From Felis catus (Eukaryota), in the NCBI RefSeq assembly GCF_018350175.1, contig NC_058368.1:238454001-238518000 (forward strand): a DNA stretch of 64,000 nucleotides, read 5' to 3'. Shown piece after piece: positions 37,781-52,539 of the stretch (position 1 is the stretch's first letter; each line of letters opens with the position of its first letter). The position numbers and the translations under genes were made by a program. The notes under the pieces were generated by a model. It worked only from the letters and a program-made list of their open reading frames with translations. It was not told the origin of the DNA and searched no databases.

Positions 37781-39676
37781 GACTACCTTGGACCAGTCAG
37801 CATGACCCGTCCTCTCCAACCACTCTGTCAGCTCAGGGCTAGGAAGGGATGTATACCAGGACAGAGCAGGCCCACGGCCCCTGGACTCCGGTGAGCCTGA
37901 GGTCCCGAAGAGACAGGTCCCTGCGATCCCGGGTCCAGAGGGCAGAGCCACTCCTGTCCTGCTGTGGGGTCCCGGCTTCCCTTTGCGGCAGCTCCTCCAG
38001 GCCTTCAGTGGGTGTGGCGGAGATGGGCCTCACTGGCTTCCTGATGGTGCTGGGGTGTCCTCCCAGGGCTCCTCCGGCCCAGGTGCTGCCGGTATTTCCA
38101 ACCCTCGACTCTTGGTGGCCACACACAGAGACATCCAGTGACCCGGGCGTCCTTCCCTGGGGCGTGGCAGCGGAGCCGTGCCCACAGGTGCACCCGGGGA
38201 CGTGGTTGCCCAGGCTGGCCCAGATCAGGTCACTGGCTTCCTGGCAGGCCTCCTCCCAGGCTTGGCCCCGACCCATCCCCCAGGGCTCGGTCCGAGGGGA
38301 CCTGCTGGAAGGCACCCTCACTACTCTCGGGAACGTCTGGAGCGGGGCTTACGCACAGGCTCCTGGCAAGCAGACAGCGCAGAGAGAGCGTCTTCCCCGT
38401 CCCTTCCCGTGTCCCTGCCCTGTCCTGACACAGAGGCGGCCCTGCATCCTGAGGTTCCGTTTCCGGACCCCCGTGCGGACAGGGGCCTCCTCTTCAGGGG
38501 TCAGCATCCTCAGGTGCATCCAGACCCTCGTTCCTCCATCGGCCGACCTTGGGGCCGCTCCACGGGGTGGGCCAGGTCCAGGCGTGGGCGGAGGAGACCC
38601 GTCCTGGGAGAGCTCCCCTTCCAGCGGGGGAGCAGAGGTCAGGAAGTGAAGGAAGGAAGGGTGGTTCCAGGTCAGCCCAGAGTGGCTGCCAGGTGGGTCC
38701 CAGGGTGGGTCCCAGCATGGGTCTCGGGCTGGGTCCGGAGCTGGGTCCCACGGGTGGCAAGGAGCAGAGGCCTGGACCGAAGTCCGGGAGGCACATCCTG
38801 GTTGGCGAGCCGCACGTGCAGAGGCCGGGTGCACGCTGACCCGGCCAGGGCTAAGCGGGGGGCAGGAGCCCCCGGTGACCTCAGCTCCTGCCTGCAGCCG
38901 CCTGGCCAGGCCAGCTGACCGGTGACCGGCACACGGGGGCACGGGAGATGGCCGAGCAGGGGTCCCTTGGCCCACTGCCCGCTCAGCCACCCTCGGCCTC
39001 GTGCTGAGGCCCAGCCAGCTGCCTGTAGCACACCGATCGTCAGGCTGATCCCAAGACCCTGAGCATGCCGCCCAGATGACAGGAGCCCTGCTGGTCCTGA
39101 GCGTGGGTGGACGGCCGGCCCCCGGCAGCCCTGGAGGCACTGCCTGAGGGTCCCACCCACACGGGCCACCACGGGCCACAGGGTCTTGCAGACACGGGCC
39201 CCGGAACGAGCCAGCCCCTTCAGACGGCAGCTGTGGCCTCGACTCTGCAGGGTGGTTCCCCCAGGGAGGGGGCCAGCTGCTTTCCACCCCCAGCCAAGGC
39301 CGTGCGGGAGCGAGGCGGTGCCCACCTCCCCGAGAAGCTCCCGTGTCACCTGGACGCAAACGCTCCTGTTGGACTTCAGATACCGTATCGGTCCAGTCAT
39401 CGGCCACACGCCTTGTACACGTGCGTGCCGCCCCGGTGTCATCCGTGCTGGGCCGAGCAAGCACACACCAGTGTCTGAGTTGCAGTCAGGCCTCCCGGGC
39501 CCGTCCACGTGGGTCGCTAAGTGTATACCGCGTGCCACAGGAGAGACGTAAAGCCGTGTCAGCGGGCACAGGTCCAATCGAGGCACCAACGTCCGTAGCA
39601 TTAATAAATGAGTGACGGGTCTGGCCACGTGGATGACCTCCTGACATTCCGGGGGAAGCTCCAGACAAGGACCTAA

Positions 39677-40090
<414 letters not shown>

Positions 40091-41202
40091 TGAGAGCCGG
40101 GCGCCTGGCCCTGCCCCAGAGCCTTCCAGCTCCCAGCTTTGGAGAGAACGTGTCCCCACACGAAGGGAGGGCGTCTGCTGTTTGCAGAGCCTCTGAGCCA
40201 GAATGGCTTTTTAAGTGGGAACTGAAAGGCAGAAGTTACAGGCAAATTGTTGATTTTCCCTGTAAAGAAGGTACAGAGAACACACGAAGTGGCTCTTCAC
40301 GCCCCCAGGAGGAAGCCCCTCCCGCTCCCCCCTGAGGATCCCCCTCCTCCAGCCCCAGCTGCCCCTCCCCCCAGCGCCCAGGCTCAGGCCTCCCCCGAGA
40401 CCCCCCCCCCCCCACGACGAAGCGCCCATGTGTCTTCCCACCGGTCCCGCACCGAGGGAGCGGAGGCCCCGGACCCGGAGCAGGGCACCCAGGGAAGGCC
40501 CGGTGAGCTGCAGCCACATGTGGACCCCAAATGGTTGCAGAAACCAGAGCAAGTTCATCTGGGACCTGCTTTCTTTGATCCTCATGGGGTCGTGTTTGTT
40601 TTTTCGCGTCATAGGGACAAAAACTGCAGTGAAAGTACAGTGTGCACGGCCAAGTGGCCGCACACGAGGGAGGACAGCCTCTGCCCAAGCCCACCTGGTC
40701 CTCACCCGGGTCCGGGCACCGTGCAGCCGCCCCTCCTCCACTCTGGCGCCCGATGGGCTGCCCCTGCCCTGCTGTCCTCCAGCCCTCTCAGTCCCCAGCC
40801 TTCAGAGCGGGGCCCCCGGGCCGCCAGTACGGGCACCCCCGCACTGGGAACCAACAGAAGTACAGCATCTGGGCCCCACCAGACCCTGCCCTCAGAACCT
40901 GCATTTTACCAAGATCCCCCCGAGGCTTCTAGGAGCCCTGCCGGACATGGCTGGGGACACCCTGGGCTGTCTGTTCTGCACCCCCGGAGTCCCAGCATTG
41001 AAGGTGGGCACTGTCTCACCTTCGGTGCCAGGACACGGACGGTTGGTCACCCCGGGGCTGTAGCCTGGACACACCCGGAGCCTAGAGCTGCTCAGCCACC
41101 GCGAGCACCAGGCTATCTGCGGTACAGCCCGTGGAGAGGCTGGCGGGGTCCCTCAGGGAAAGCGCCCCTCCAAAGCCACCTGCCCCAGACGCGGTACGTT
41201 AA

Positions 41203-41547
<345 letters not shown>

Positions 41548-43479
41548 TGAAGCGACGCTCCCGCCGCCCCGCTCCCTCCCCGCTGCCCACGAGCTCCCGC
41601 CAGAGGCCTCAGAGCTGCAGCACCAGGGTCTACCGCCCTGTCCCTGGGGTGGGACCTGGCACACAGCACCCCCTGGACTTCGTTTACACTTCGGTGGGGG
41701 GCCCTGCAGCTCAGGGGTGGGGTCCCTGAGCTACTCCAAGCCACACGGACGGCAGGGCTGGAGAGAAGCCGGGTGGCTTGGGACAGATTTGGAGGGGTTG
41801 TGCATAATGGCCGGAGAGATCCTCAAGTCTCAGACACACAGGGCAACGGAGACACATGTTCCCAGCCCACGCCCCCAGCCGACCCGCAGACACCAGGTGT
41901 GTGAGTGCGGAAGTGGCCACAGGTGGGTGACACGGGGAGCAGGAAGCTTGCCGGGAGGCCGGGCTCAGGTGTGGGGTGCAGATGGGGCCCCCTGGGCATT
42001 TGTGGGGGCTGCCCAGTCCTGGCACGCGGGTGCAAAGTCCTGGCATTGGGTCGGTGCGGGACTCCAGGGGCTCCTGAGATCACGACAACCCCTCGCCTGC
42101 CCAGGACTGCCTGGCAGGTCAGAGAGGAGGACTCTACCCCTGGGCCTCTGTCCTCACCCCTCGCTCCCTCTGAGAAGGCGCCTCTCCTCCTGGGGGCTGC
42201 TCCTCAGGCTCGGGAAAGCCCTGAGTCTCACTGACTCATTTCCTCCTGGGTCTTTTCACTCAAGTCAGGGGCAGGGCAGCTGCTCAGGGAGGGGAGGAGG
42301 GGAGCAGGGGGCCGCCCCGCCCGTGCCCGCCGCTCGCAGCCATCACCCCGTCTGGTCCTTGCAGCGCTGAGGCCTCAGACTGCCGCCGTGAAAGGAGGAG
42401 GCGAGGGTCCGGCCTTCCGGGACTGGCAGGGAGGTCAGGGGCTGGGCGTGTGCTTCCTAAGTCCATGCTCTTTCCTCCAGGAAAAAAATCCAATAAAGGC
42501 AGGAGAAAGGGAACATACTGCAAATAAATACAGAGCGGTGAAATTTACTCACTGCTGCATTTATGCGTTTCTTCTGCTTTTGCCCTTTTTTATGAGAAAT
42601 AGTAATCGCTTACAGAACCCCCATTAACCCCTGAGCACAGAGTGAATGTCTTCTATGCGTTTCCATGGCCGGCAAAGTAAATGTCATTTAGCTCTAATTC
42701 TCGAGAAAACAGGGTGAAATGCTAACTGAGGTTCAGAACCGAAAGGCAGAGGTACTGACACCACGTTCAGTCGGGCTGACCGCCATCTTTCTGGGTCCAA
42801 GGCTTAAGGCATTTGGACCTAAGAGCATCTCTAATGAGCCGCCCCTCACCCCCACGCTGGGGACTGTGCCCCTTCCATGGGAACAGGAAACGCAGGGAAG
42901 CCCAGGTCCGAGCACGGGGTCCCGTGCGGACCCTGGGACACCCTGGCTGTGGCCGCTCTTCCATTTTCCACCACGATCCCTCAGTGCCCCGATCCCGTCA
43001 GCTGGGGCCCTCCACGGCCCTGCTGGAGACTGAAGGAAGATTCGGGAAGCTGTAAGTTATGTCCTTACACGCACAGGTGCAGCAGGTGTGCTAGTGCCCG
43101 TGAAAATAGTGAATTACCAGTTTCTCGTGGGACTATTTTTACTTTGGGATCATTTGAGACCACGCCGCACTCAGTCTGGTTGAGTCCCGCCCGGCTCCCA
43201 TCCCTGCCTCCCTGCCGGCCCGGAGCCCACGGCCTCCACACCCACCCAGGCCGCACCCACGGGGTAAGAGGGCGGGAGTGTGTGTGTCCTGCACCCAAGG
43301 CCCCCTCCCGGGGATGTCCCAGGAGGGGATGATCCCCAGGGCTCAGATGTGAGCAGAAACCTGCCCCTTCGAAGCATTCGCTGAGCTGGTATTTTCTATA
43401 CTCCTTGTGTGGTTTTCAAAGATCAGACACAGGGCGATGCGTTGACACAGAAAACTGTTGACGTGATGCTACGGCTGCC

Positions 43480-43690
43480 ATAGCGTGAGCGTGTTCGTGT
43501 GTGAGCGTGCGTGTGTGTACGCACATGCATGAGCGTGTGCAAGCTTTTACGTGTGTGGGCACACGTGTGTGGGCACGGGCATGAGTGTGTGAGCATTGTG
43601 CGTGGGCGCACGCGTGTGAGCACGCGTGTATGAAAACGTGCATTCGCGTTGGGGCACGAGTGTGTGTGTGGGTGCGTGTGTCTCCAGCGT
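43480..43690. repeat. Degenerate TG/CG-rich microsatellite in intron 8
   Basis: Directly visible. Confidence 0.8.
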
Positions 43691-44007
43691 GCACGGGAAA
43701 GCCGACCCGGAGGCGTCCCTGTGGTTGTCAGGGCCGCCGGGCAGGTCGCCGGAGCCCCTCCCGCCCTGTCCCGTGTCGGTTCTGCCCCCGTTTCCTCTGC
43801 AGCCCCCGCACCTGGCCCACCGAGGGACTGGAGGAACGTGGCGCGGGCCCCCCGGCTGATTCCGGGTTTCCGTTTGCCGGAGTCCTGGGCCGGGCGCCCA
43901 CCGAGTCCTCAGGAGAGAGGGCTCTTCCGGGAGAACGGGGAAGAAGGCGACGGGAAGGACCCTGCCCCCTCCCCGGGCCGGGGAGGCAGGAGGCTGCGAG
44001 CCAGTAG

Positions 44008-44352
<345 letters not shown>

Positions 44353-45072
44353 TGAGTCCCACAGACCCTAAGTGCACCCATGCGGGGCCAGCAGCAGGGG
44401 CAGCATAGGGAATGGGGTGAGGACCACCCAGAGCCGGGGCCGGCCCTTCCTACTCATCTCTTTCCGGGACCACTGAGCCCCCCGGGAGGGGTGGACGCAC
44501 CTGCAGGGCAGGGCAGCAATGGCGCCACAGCCCGGCCCCGGCCCACCGAGTATCTTCCCTGTGGCCCCGTGCGTGTGCGCGCGTGTGGGTGTGGGTGAGT
44601 GCGTGTGCGTGTGCGCTAGGGAGGCAGCACGTGGGCCTACAGGACTCCCTCAGGCTCATCTGTCCCCAGTGCCTGCTCGGGACCAACAGCTGAGACCTCG
44701 GGGTCCCCATGGCTTCCTGGAAGGTGCAGAGAACCACGAATCCCTCCCTGTGTGTGGGTCACGGACCCTCGTCCTGGGCCCCGTGTCCCAGCCGTCTGGT
44801 CAATGCCCGCTGGGTGACCGTGGCCCCGGGCCCCACAGCTGGTGGGGATGAATCCCATGAACAGCACCTCCCGGAGGAAGTGGTTTCGACAGAGTAGGGC
44901 AAAGAGGGCCACCAAGTAGGAGGACGCTTGGAAGACGCCCCTTCGCGATGGCACACGGAGTCCGGGAGGTTGTCCCAGTGAGCACGGGGCCCGTGGCCAC
45001 GGCAGGTCTCCCCAGGAACCAACAGGCCGTGCTGTGGGGAGACGTCTGTTTAGAGTAGGTGGGCGGGGCTGA

Positions 45073-45459
<387 letters not shown>

Positions 45460-46105
45460 TGACCATTCTCATTATTAGCACTTGGAGCCGGACAGGGGGC
45501 TGGTGCCACCAGGCCAGACAGAACCGCGTGTCCGAGAGCCTCCCCCCAGACAAGCCGTGACTTGTAATGACGCGGGTAGTGTGGTCATGCTCGGGGTAGT
45601 TGTGGTCACACGTGGGGTAGCCGTGGTCACGTGAGCAGCCGCGGTCACACGTGGGGTAGCCCTGGGGCATGTGAAACAGCCTCAGGTTACTGCAGCTCCT
45701 GGACGCCCCCCCCCCCCCCCCCCGCCGGGAAAATGCCTGTGGCTGAGTACCTGCCTGTTGGATCTGTGGGGTTGGGGGCTTGGGAGAGGCCTGTCCATGA
45801 GGACGGGAGCTCCCTTCCCTCGGAGGCCCTACTGTGTTTGGCGTGTGGTTGCTTTTCATCTCTGATTGCACCCAGAGCCCCAGGAGGGGAGGGGAGGGGA
45901 GGGGAGGTGTTAGGGGAGGGGAAGGGAGGGCGAGGGGCGGGGAGGGGTGGGGCGGTCCTTCCGGTCTCTGCACAGAAGGCACATCCCCGAGAAGCTGTGG
46001 GTGGACTGGTTTTCAGTGCCTGCAGCCGGCCTGTGTGGGGAGTAAGAACGTCTATAGGCCGAATCCACAGGCCAGGTGTAGGTTTCGGAAAAAGCGTTTT
46101 TGTGA

Positions 46106-46564
<459 letters not shown>

Positions 46565-47849
46565 TGACTTTGGGATGCTAACGGCTGGCGGAGGTGAGGC
46601 GACTCACAGAGAAACGGGCCTGTTTTTTCCTGGGGAGCCTGACCAGCGACGCAGTTCACCGAGGTGGGAGGTGATCGGGGGCTTCCAAAGTGCCACCGCT
46701 GCTCTCGTACCCGGCGTCCCCGCCGAGCTGGGTGGCAGACCTCCCCGAGTCAGCCGCCGCCTCCTGAGTCCCAACTACGAGCCCCTTGTGGTTGGGAGCC
46801 GCTGCGGGGCAGGCTGCCCCCAGACCCCTCCCGGGCTGCCGAGCTGTGTCCCAGGGCGCCCAGGTGTAGTCGTGACAGCCACGGGCACCCGAGCTGGAGA
46901 AGGCCCTACCCTTCCCTGTCCCGGACGGTGGGGCCGTGGCGCTGGCCCCACCCGCCTGGCCGGGCTTCTGAGGGAGTCAGCAGAGAAAGTTCCGTGCAGC
47001 AGGCGCACCTGTCCGTGACCCTGTGCGACTGAGCCCTGAGCTAAAGGTCTGTGGTGCCACACCAGGTCGGCTTGTGCAGGAGCCCCAGGGCCCCTCGAGG
47101 GGCACATCTCTGCCTCGGAGCCACGGACGCTTTGGCCTGAAGAGACACGTGGGCTTTGAGAGCCTTCCTGACAATAGCTCCTATTCCAAGAACTTTTTTC
47201 CTATTCTCTTTTCTACAGAAAAGGGAAACCCCGAACTCTGTGCTTTCATCAGCACCTGGAGTCAATGCTTTATCACTTTAAGTGGCGCTCTCTCCCCCAC
47301 CCCCCAATTGAGCCTGGCAGTGGAAGAGAAAGCGCCTCAAACCCACCTCTGGTCACGAACTCAGTGCTGCTGGAGGTGCGAGGGGTGCCGGGGACCGCCA
47401 GCTCCCCAAGCCTCAGGAGACGGAGTCCGCGTGGTTTCTCCAAATGGCAACTCAGGTCCCCCGATCTAAGCACACAGCCTGTGTTGCTTGTATGGCTGCG
47501 TCAGTGTGCGGGGCTCTCTGCACCAAGCATCCCGAGCCGACGACCGGGTGCCAGGAGGGGCCGCGGGGCCAGCCTTGGCTCTGCCCGTCCCCGTTCCCCT
47601 GGTCCGTCCCCGCGTCTGGGGTTCTGATGATGGGGTTGGCGTGTGCGGAGGGAATTCTGAATGGAGGTGTCTTCTCGTGACACCCACGAGACCCACCCTG
47701 GGCTCAGCAGACCAGCTGTGGTCGTAGGAGCAGAGGCCAGACTCAGGGAGGGAGAGGTCACCGTTGAGGTCTAGAGAAGGTGCCAGTTCGTTAGGCTTCC
47801 AGCAACAGCTTTCCTTAAAAGATAGTGATTGTGGACATACGCTGGCACA

Positions 47850-48120
47850 CCATCCAGCTTCGAAAGGAAGGACATCGTGACGCCCGCTGGGGGGGCGCCA
47901 TGCTGAGCGAGACAAGCCAGGTCAGAACGGGCGGGGGAGGGGAGTCAGCATTTCATGGGGTCAGAGCTTCGATGTGTGTGTGTGGGGGGGTTCTGGATAC
48001 GATGGTGGTGACGACTACACAGCAGTGTGAGTTGATGCTTCTGAACTCAGCACTTAAAAATGATTAAAACAGTCAATTTTACGTCGTGTATTTTACCACA
48101 GTTTTTTAAAGGGAAAAAGG
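47850..48120 (+). mobile_element. LINE-1 3' end remnant in intron 11
   Basis: catgctgagcgagacaagccag...gatggtggtgacgactacacagcagtgtgag...cacttaaaaatgattaaaacagtcaattttacg. Confidence 0.75.
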
Positions 48121-48269
48121 AACAGTTGAGGCAGAAAGGCAGGGACAGCGTTGGGGCCTCACACGTGTCCCTCGGTGATCATGATGGTAGAGGAGCCAAC
48201 GTCACCCGTGTCACGAGAGTGAACGTGCACGGGGACCTTGGCCAGCAAGACCAGGGGGCGGTGTCGAGG

Positions 48270-49380
48270 GGGTGGGGTGGGGTGGGGAGGGGAGCACCCC
48301 GGCACAGGCCCGGGGGGGTGAGAAGCACCCCAGCACAGGCCCAGGGGGTGGGGTGGGGAGCACCCCAGCACAGGTCCGGGGAGGGGGGTGGGGAGGGGAG
48401 CACCCCAGCACAGGCGTAGGGGTGGGTGGGAGTGGGGAGGGGAGCACCCTAGCACAGCCCGGGGGGTGAGGGTTGGGGAGGGGAGCACCTAAGCACAGGC
48501 CCGGGGGTTGAGGGGCGGGGGGAGCACCCCAGCACAGGTCCGGGGCGGGGGGTGGGGAGGGGAGCACCCCAGCACAGGCATAGGGGTGGGTGGGAGTGGG
48601 GAGGGGAGCACCCTAGCACAGCCCGGGGGGTGAGGGGTGGGGAGGGGAGCACCTCAGCACAGGCCCGGGGGTTGAGGGGCGGGGGGGAGCACCCCAGCAC
48701 AGGTCCGGGGAGGGGGGTGGGGAGGGGAGCACCCCAGCACAGGCATAGGGGTGGGTGGGAGTGGAGCACTCCAGCACAGGCTCAGGGGGTGGAGGGTCGG
48801 GAGGGGAGCACCCCAGCACAGGCATAGGGGTGGGTGGGAGTGGGGAGGGGAGCACTCCAGGACAGGCTCAGGGGGTGGAGGGTCGGGAGGGGAGCACCCC
48901 AGCACAGGCATGGGGTGGGTGGGAGTGGGGAGGGGAGCACTCCAGGACAGGCTCAGGGGGTGGAGGGTTGGGAGGGGAGCACCCCAGCACAGGCCCGAGG
49001 GGTGAGGGGTGGGGAGGAGAGCACCCCAGCACAGGCCCAGGGGTGAGGGGCGGGGGTGGAGCACCCCAGCACAGGCCTGGGGGGTGAGGGGCGTGGGGGG
49101 GAACACCCCAGCACAGGCCCGGGGGGGGGGAGGGTTGGGGAGGAGAGCACCCCAGCACAGGCCCAGGGGGGAGGGATGGGGAGGGGAGCACCCAGCACAG
49201 GCTTGGGGGTGGAGGGGGGTGGAGGGTGGGGAGAGGAGCACCCCAGCACAGGCCCGGGGGGGAGGGGCATGGGGGGAGTACCCAGCACAGGCTCGGGGTG
49301 GAGGGGGGTGGAGGGTGGGGAGGGGAGCACCCCAGCAGAGGAGCAGGGGGAGAGCACCCAGCACAGGCTGGGGGGGGGGG
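48270..49380. repeat. G-rich ~40-bp minisatellite (core GGGGAGCACCCCAGCACAGG), about 27 units, just upstream of exon 12
   Basis: Directly visible; unit count made by eye. Confidence 0.95.
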
Positions 49381-49388
49381 TGTCCTGA

Positions 49389-49589
<201 letters not shown>

Positions 49590-50729
49590 TGATGGGAGGC
49601 CGGGGTGGGGCCTGCACGCTGGCCTTAGCCAGAAGGGCGGCCTGGCCCTGAAAATCCTCCGTGGCCTCCTGACGGCATCCCCCCCCCCCCCCGCCGGCCG
49701 CACTGAGAAGCCTCAGCACCGGGTCCCCGTGCGTCTCACCTCTGCCACGGGGGCGAGGCCAGAGAGGGCCGGCGAATCTGCACCTCGGGGGTGGGGTGCG
49801 GCACAGGGGCTCTAATGCCGAGGACGGGAGTGACTCGGGCCCTGTCACGAGCGCCGCCGTCGGGACTCTCCCCCCCGGGCACCACTGGCACGTCTGGGAG
49901 CTGCCTGGCTTGTGTCATCAGGCCCGGGGCCGCCGGTTTTATTAGCACAGGGCCACACGGGTTCAGTAGGGATCGTCCCCAGCTGCTTCCTTAACAGCAG
50001 AGCGGAGCAGTCGCGGACCGAGGCCCGGTGGCCCAGAGCACCTGGACAGGTGACCCCGGGAGGCCGTTCGAGGGCGGTCTAGGTCTGAGCTGCTCACCGG
50101 GACGAGCATCCTGACCCCTCGGCCCTCCGCCCGGCCCGACGGTCCCCGCCTGCGTGTCTGCAGCTGCTGGCGGTTCAGACGCGCCATCCTGGGCCAGCCT
50201 GTGGCTAGTGAGAGACGGAGACAGAGAGAGACGGAGACAGAGAGAGACGGAGACAGAGAGATAGAGACTAAGCCAGAGCCAGAGCCAGAGCCGGAGAGGC
50301 AGGGAGACGGGAGGAAGCGGGAGCCCAGCCGCCAGCACGGACAGGGTTTCCCCCCGAGCTGCACCCAGACACCCCGAAGCCGCCGACGGCCCCGGCCGGC
50401 ACCTGCCTCCAGACCATGGCGGCGGCGCTCCGAGAGCTGAGGTGGCCGGGGCGCGGTGCGCGGCGGGGGGGGGGTCTCCTGGACACGGTGACACGGAGGG
50501 CGTGCGCCAGGCACGGCCACCATGGGTGAGGGGGCGCGCAACCCCCACCCCACCCCACCCCCGCCCTCGCGGAGCGGCACGTGAGCGCCCCCACCCTCAG
50601 GGGTGCCGTCTGCAGGGCCCGGACCCCAGAGCCGCCTTGCCCGGGAGACCCTCCCCGTGAAACCCTCGCTCCCGGGCCACCTGGTCTGCCGGCTGGGAGC
50701 TGCAGCTTGAGCTCTGCCCTCACTTTTAG

Positions 50730-50897
50730 TTTGTGGTCGTGGTGAGTGTCGTGACCTTCAGGCCCCCGCACTACGGAGCCTACGCCTTCCCCAAGTGGGC
50801 CAATGCCCTGGGCTGGGCCATCGCCTCGTCCTCCATGTGTATGGTGCCCGTCTACGCGGCCTACAAGCTCTGCAGTCTGCCCGGCTCCCTGCGGGAG
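50730..50897 (+). CDS. SLC6A3: SLC6A3 exon 13 (TM12)
   Basis: ttttag|[56 protein letters not shown]|gtgcgt; 168 nt. Confidence 0.97.
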
Positions 50898-52042
50898 GTG
50901 CGTGTCCACACGGGCCCCACCCTGTCCCGCCCCGCCCCCGCCGGGAGACCACCCAGCCCAGTGGGCGTCCACCCCCTCACCCCCCACTCCAGCCCTGCTC
51001 CTGCTTGTGCACCCCCACGACTTCTGACCTCCAGGAGGCCTGGAAGGGGCGGGGCCACAATGGAGAAGGCAGGTGCAGGAAGAATCACGGCTGTCTATGT
51101 GCGTGTCCGTGGGTGCGCATGTCTCACGTGCCCTCCCGTGTGCGCACGTGTGTGTACCTGTCTGTGCACACTCGTGCTCCACAGAGCCTGGTGAAGGTGG
51201 GAAGGCAGCGGTCAGGGGCTGGGGCTGGAATCTGCGCCCAGTCTGTGTGGTGGGGGTTGCCCTGGGGCCCCCCCATCACACACACGCTCCTCCACCTGTA
51301 AAGGGGGGGGGGGGGACCAGCCACCACTTTATCTCCTGGCCCGGGATTCCTGGAAGCAACAAAGGGCCCAGGCCTCCTTAGAAGGAACGGCCCGAAAGGT
51401 CGCTCCGAGGCTGCTCTGTGCCTGCGTCCCACACAGTTTCCTGGGGAGAGTGGGCAGCCAAGCCCTGTTGCTGCGCCCTGGCCAGTCCGGGGACCCTGCT
51501 GGGGCCACACGGCTCCCCCACAGGCTGGAATGAGCAGTCCTGGCCAGTCGGGCCGGGTCTGGGGCAGGCACGGCCCCAGGTCCCTGGGTTTCCCCGGGGC
51601 CTCTTGGGAGGGAGGGACAGAGGGAGCCCCAGGGTCACCGGAGCCCCAGGCAAAGCAGGCTGGCATGACGCAGGGGGACCCCTCACTGCCTGCGGGGCCC
51701 AGCCAGGGGCCCTCTCTCAGCCTGAAGCAGGCAGGGCTGCAGCCCCAAGGGCCAGACTCCGAACACAAACCACAGAACATCTCGGTAGGTGAGGCAGGTG
51801 GGCTGTGGCGACCGTGGAGGGTCCCCGGCCCAGAGACTCCCAGGGGGAGTGCGTGCCATTCACTCACCCAGAACCCACAGCCAGCTTGGTGTAGAGACAG
51901 AAACCTCCCCTTTCACGTGGGCTGGACTCTGCTGCAGGGTCTGGGGAGGCCAGGCCGTCAACCCCAGCCTCACGGCGTGTCCGAGGGGCCTGTGCACTTC
52001 ACCGAGCGCACGCCTGTGCCCACGCCTCCCCTTCCCTTCTAG

Positions 52043-52114
52043 AAACTGGCATACGCCATCACACCCGAGCAGGAGCGCGAGCTGGTGGACAGCGGGGAGG
52101 TGCGCCAGTTCAGG
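52043..52114 (+). CDS. SLC6A3: SLC6A3 exon 14 (C-terminal tail)
   Basis: ttctag|KLAYAITPEQERELVDSGEVRQFR|gtgagt; 72 nt. Confidence 0.95.
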
Positions 52115-52539
52115 GTGAGTGCCCCCCTGCCGTCTCGGGCCTCCCTGAGCCACGAGGCCACGTTTATTCCCTGAGCAAACACTGGGAGCGGGCCGTGCGG
52201 TGCCGGGCCTGCCCCGAGCACCCCTGTACCAGGCGGGGCGGCAAGGGGGCAGAAAGAGGGAGCAGAGGGGTCGCGCGTGGGGCGCGGGCCCCGGGAGGGG
52301 GCCTCCCGCGTGAGGGAGGGGGCCGCCCCACCCGGGACCAGGGAGGGAGACAGTCTGAAACAGCTCAGAGCCTTGCCCGCCCTTGCCCTTGGGGGGCAGG
52401 AGGCCAGAGGCCGGGAGGTCTGGAGCCCGACCTGAGGGGGTCACTCAGGCTGCTTCGGGTTGGGGGGGTGCTGCAGAGAGGCAGGAGGGCGCCCGGGGTG
52501 GGAGGAGCCGGGTCCTACGGGGCCTGCGGCAGAACTAGG

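Noticed and set aside
36434..37951. 505-aa IHPS-repeat ORF (also 61295-62802)
   Set aside because: Antisense translation of (GGAT)n.
48270..49380. CRISPR-like repeat/spacer pattern
   Set aside because: Eukaryotic intron, spacers are mutually similar G-runs, and there are no cas genes. It is a minisatellite.
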